Shown here: positions 61,500 through 64,000 of the stretch, one piece after another | How positions within the stretch are numbered: the stretch's first letter is position 1 | How the letters are laid out: the number at the start of each line of letters is the position of its first letter | Origin: an uncultured Desulfarculus sp. | Lineage (GTDB): Bacteria; Desulfobacterota; Desulfarculia; Desulfarculales; Desulfarculaceae | Assembly: GCA_963665125.2 (NCBI GenBank) | Contig: CAXXUK010000002.1 | Location: 1,024,001 to 1,088,000, forward strand | DNA: 64,000 nucleotides | Direction: 5' to 3' | The notes under the pieces: model-generated | The model's database searches: none | What the model was told of the DNA's origin: nothing | Seen by the model: the letters and a program-made list of their open reading frames with translations, nothing else | Translations under genes and position numbers: made by a program

Positions 61500-63896
61500 A
61501 TGGCTTTTAATCCTGAAGAAATAAAAAGCAAGCTGGTTGTTAAGGCTGTGCGCAACGTCCGAAAGGGCATGGCCAAGGACGACGCCTCCCGGGGCATGTA
61601 CCGTCCCGAGGTGAAAATGGATCTCTCCAGGTCCCGGCTCATCACCGAAAGCTACAAGATGACCGACGGCATGCCCATGGTCATGCGCCGGGCCAAGGCC
61701 ATGGACCACATCTTGAACAACATGCCGATATACATCCTGGACTGGGAGCGTATCGTCGGCAACCAAGCCGAGAGCCCGGATGCCCTTTATTTCGGCATAG
61801 ACATGAACTGGCGCTCGGTTAAACGCGTGGTCAGCGGTGAAGAAGGCAAGACCCTTCTGGACGACGCCGGCCGGCAGGAGATGGCCCAGCTCATTGAATA
61901 CTGGAAGGGCAAGTCAATGAGCGACCGCCAGCAGAGCGCCTTTACCGGCGATGTGCTCAAATACTGGCATTACGATGGGACCATGCTATGGAGCCACTGG
62001 TCCGAACAAGGCGTGCCCGACTATGAAAAAATCCTTCAAGGCGGATTAAGGGGCATCATCAAGGAGGCCGAGGAAAAGCTGGACGAACTGGACCGGACAG
62101 TGCCCCTCGGATACATCGATAAAAAGGAATTCCTGCAATCGGTCATTATCGTGATGAACGCGGCTTTGAATTTCGCCCGCCGCTACGCCGCCCTGGCCAG
62201 GGAGATGGCCCAACAGACGCCGGACGAAGACCGGAAAAAACGTCTTTTGGAAATCGCCGAGACCTGTGAGTGGGTTCCGGAAAACCCGGCCCGCACCTTG
62301 GTAGAGGCAATTCAATCGTTCTATTTCATCTATTTGATCCGCTACCTCGAATACTCGACTCTTGGCATCGGCATACGCTTTGACAAGGTTTTCGGTCCTT
62401 ATTACGAGGCGGACCTGGCCTCCGGCGCCATCACCAGAAAAGAGGCCCTGGAACTGCTTCAGTTGCTGTGGGTCAAGATCCATGAAATCGGCTTGATCTA
62501 TTCGCCTACATTGTCGGGCATCTACGGCGGCGTGGCCTCCCTGCAGGCCATCACCATCGGCGGTGTGGACGAACAGGGCCGGGACGTGACCAACGAGATG
62601 ACCTATCTGGTCCTGGAAACCGCGGAAACCATGCGATCCCTGGAGCCGTCCATTGTCCTGCGGTATCACGACAAGACGCCGGACGAGCTGCTGGCCCGCT
62701 CCGTGGACACCCTGGCCACCGGCATAGGCTACCCGTCCATTTTTAACGACAAATCCCTGATACCCATGCTGGAAAAATGGGGTGTTTCGCCGGATAGGGC
62801 CCGGGACTATTGCGTTTCCGGCTGCGTATATATCGAGGTGCCGGGGGCCAACGTGACCCGCCGCGCCGCTGGCGGGCTTGCGCTGGCAAAATGCATGTGG
62901 TGGGCGCTTCACCGGGGGGTGGATCCCAAAACCGGCGAACAGCGCGGGGCCAGGACCACGGACCCCAATACCTGGACTTCAGAGGAAGACGTCTTGAACG
63001 CCTATTTCGAGCAGGTCCGCTTCTTTTTCGACAAATTCACCAAAATCGAAAACACCTGCCGCGAACTCTACAGGAAATACCTGCCCCGGCCGTTTTACAG
63101 CGGCATCATGACCGAAGGCATCCAAAAGGCCCAGGACTGCCGAAAGTGGACCGACCCCCATCGGCTGGAGAGCTTCGTGGTCATCATGGGCGTCACCAAC
63201 GCGGCCGACAGCATCACGGCCATCAAAAAGCTGGTTTTCGACGACAAAACCGTGAGCATGGCGGAGCTTCTGCAAGCCCTGGAAAACAACTGGGAAGGCT
63301 ATGCGGACCTGCGACAAATGGCGGTCAACGCGCCGAAATTCGGCAATGACGACGACTATGCCGACGACATCGCCGTCAAGGTCCACCACGGCACCTCGGA
63401 TGTCCTGGCCGAGTTCACCGACCAGTGGGGCTTCCCCTGGAAGGGCGACGGAAGCGGTGTTTCCGGAACATACGGCCTGGCCTTTGACTGCGGGGCCACG
63501 CCGGACGGGCGGGTCCTGGGCCAACCGTTTGCCGACGCGACCCTGTCGCCCATCCAGGGCGGCGACTCCAACGGCCCCACGGCCGTGCTGAAATCAGCCT
63601 CCAAAATAAGCACGTCGCGCACCTACAACCACCTGCTGAATCAGAAGTTTCTGCCCCAGTACGTCCGGGGAGACATGAAGCCGGTGTTCGTGGATTATCT
63701 GAGGACCTGGGGGGATCTGGAAATCAGCCACATCCAGTTCAACATCGTGGACAGGCAGACGCTGGTCAAGGCCCAGCGGAACCCCGAGGAATACTCGGAC
63801 CTGATTGTCCGGGTGGCCGGCTACAGCGCCTACTTCGTGGATCTTAGCAAGGGCTTGCAGGATTCCATTATCGCCAGAACCGAACAGGCGTTTTAG
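61500..63896 (+). CDS. Glycyl radical enzyme (PFL superfamily), function unassigned
   Basis: 798 aa; Gly loop RVAGYSAYF, Cys loop SGCVY, PKFGNDDD, ATPDGR, HIQFN. Confidence 0.95.
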   Translation: MAFNPEEIKSKLVVKAVRNVRKGMAKDDASRGMYRPEVKMDLSRSRLITESYKMTDGMPMVMRRAKAMDHILNNMPIYILDWERIVGNQAESPDALYFGIDMNWRSVKRVVSGEEGKTLLDDAGRQEMAQLIEYWKGKSMSDRQQSAFTGDVLKYWHYDGTMLWSHWSEQGVPDYEKILQGGLRGIIKEAEEKLDELDRTVPLGYIDKKEFLQSVIIVMNAALNFARRYAALAREMAQQTPDEDRKKRLLEIAETCEWVPENPARTLVEAIQSFYFIYLIRYLEYSTLGIGIRFDKVFGPYYEADLASGAITRKEALELLQLLWVKIHEIGLIYSPTLSGIYGGVASLQAITIGGVDEQGRDVTNEMTYLVLETAETMRSLEPSIVLRYHDKTPDELLARSVDTLATGIGYPSIFNDKSLIPMLEKWGVSPDRARDYCVSGCVYIEVPGANVTRRAAGGLALAKCMWWALHRGVDPKTGEQRGARTTDPNTWTSEEDVLNAYFEQVRFFFDKFTKIENTCRELYRKYLPRPFYSGIMTEGIQKAQDCRKWTDPHRLESFVVIMGVTNAADSITAIKKLVFDDKTVSMAELLQALENNWEGYADLRQMAVNAPKFGNDDDYADDIAVKVHHGTSDVLAEFTDQWGFPWKGDGSGVSGTYGLAFDCGATPDGRVLGQPFADATLSPIQGGDSNGPTAVLKSASKISTSRTYNHLLNQKFLPQYVRGDMKPVFVDYLRTWGDLEISHIQFNIVDRQTLVKAQRNPEEYSDLIVRVAGYSAYFVDLSKGLQDSIIARTEQAF

Positions 63897-63905
63897 GTCC
63901 CGGGG

Positions 63906-64000
63906 ATGCGGATGGGTTCCGGTTTCAAAACAGGCGGCGGGCAAGGCTCCATCTTCAATATCCAGCGGTTTTGCGTCCATGACGGGCCGGGCATCCGCAC
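63906..64000 (+). CDS. Glycyl radical enzyme activating (radical SAM) protein, N-terminus only
   Basis: Manual translation ...GSIFNIQRFCVHDGPGIR, the hallmark activase N-terminus. Confidence 0.9.
   Translation, partial: MRMGSGFKTGGGQGSIFNIQRFCVHDGPGIR

Overview
GC-rich bacterial chromosome segment. Gene content suggests an anaerobic Deltaproteobacterium (Desulfarculaceae/Desulfobacterota-like); this is an inference. The left part (1-36.4 kb) is mostly housekeeping: etfAB with a FadR-type TetR and its operator, mltG, ruvX, selB, pyrKD, pgeF, argJ, secA, an M23 peptidase, pmbA, short argA, a SPOR protein, argS, alr and tRNA-Arg(UCU). It also carries two accessory cassettes: a four-gene glycosylation locus (eukaryote-type UDP-galactopyranose mutase-like enzyme, GT2, two GT-C-like membrane proteins) and an HAAT-type ABC transporter with an embedded acyl-CoA ligase. 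Right of the tRNA is an accessory region with a receiver-domain remnant, MarR/DUF169, seven exported or membrane hypotheticals, a porin, a sigma54 activator, an acyl-CoA catabolic operon, an MCP, and a TetR-glycyl radical enzyme-activase operon running off the end. Best leads: (1) a ~160-bp multi-hairpin intergenic repeat family with compensatory changes, five full or partial copies; (2) a glycyl radical enzyme with a non-canonical GCVY Cys loop; (3) the candidate furanose glycosylation cassette; (4) shared enhancer motifs linking the porin and the catabolic operon. No database searches were run; family calls come from motif recognition.
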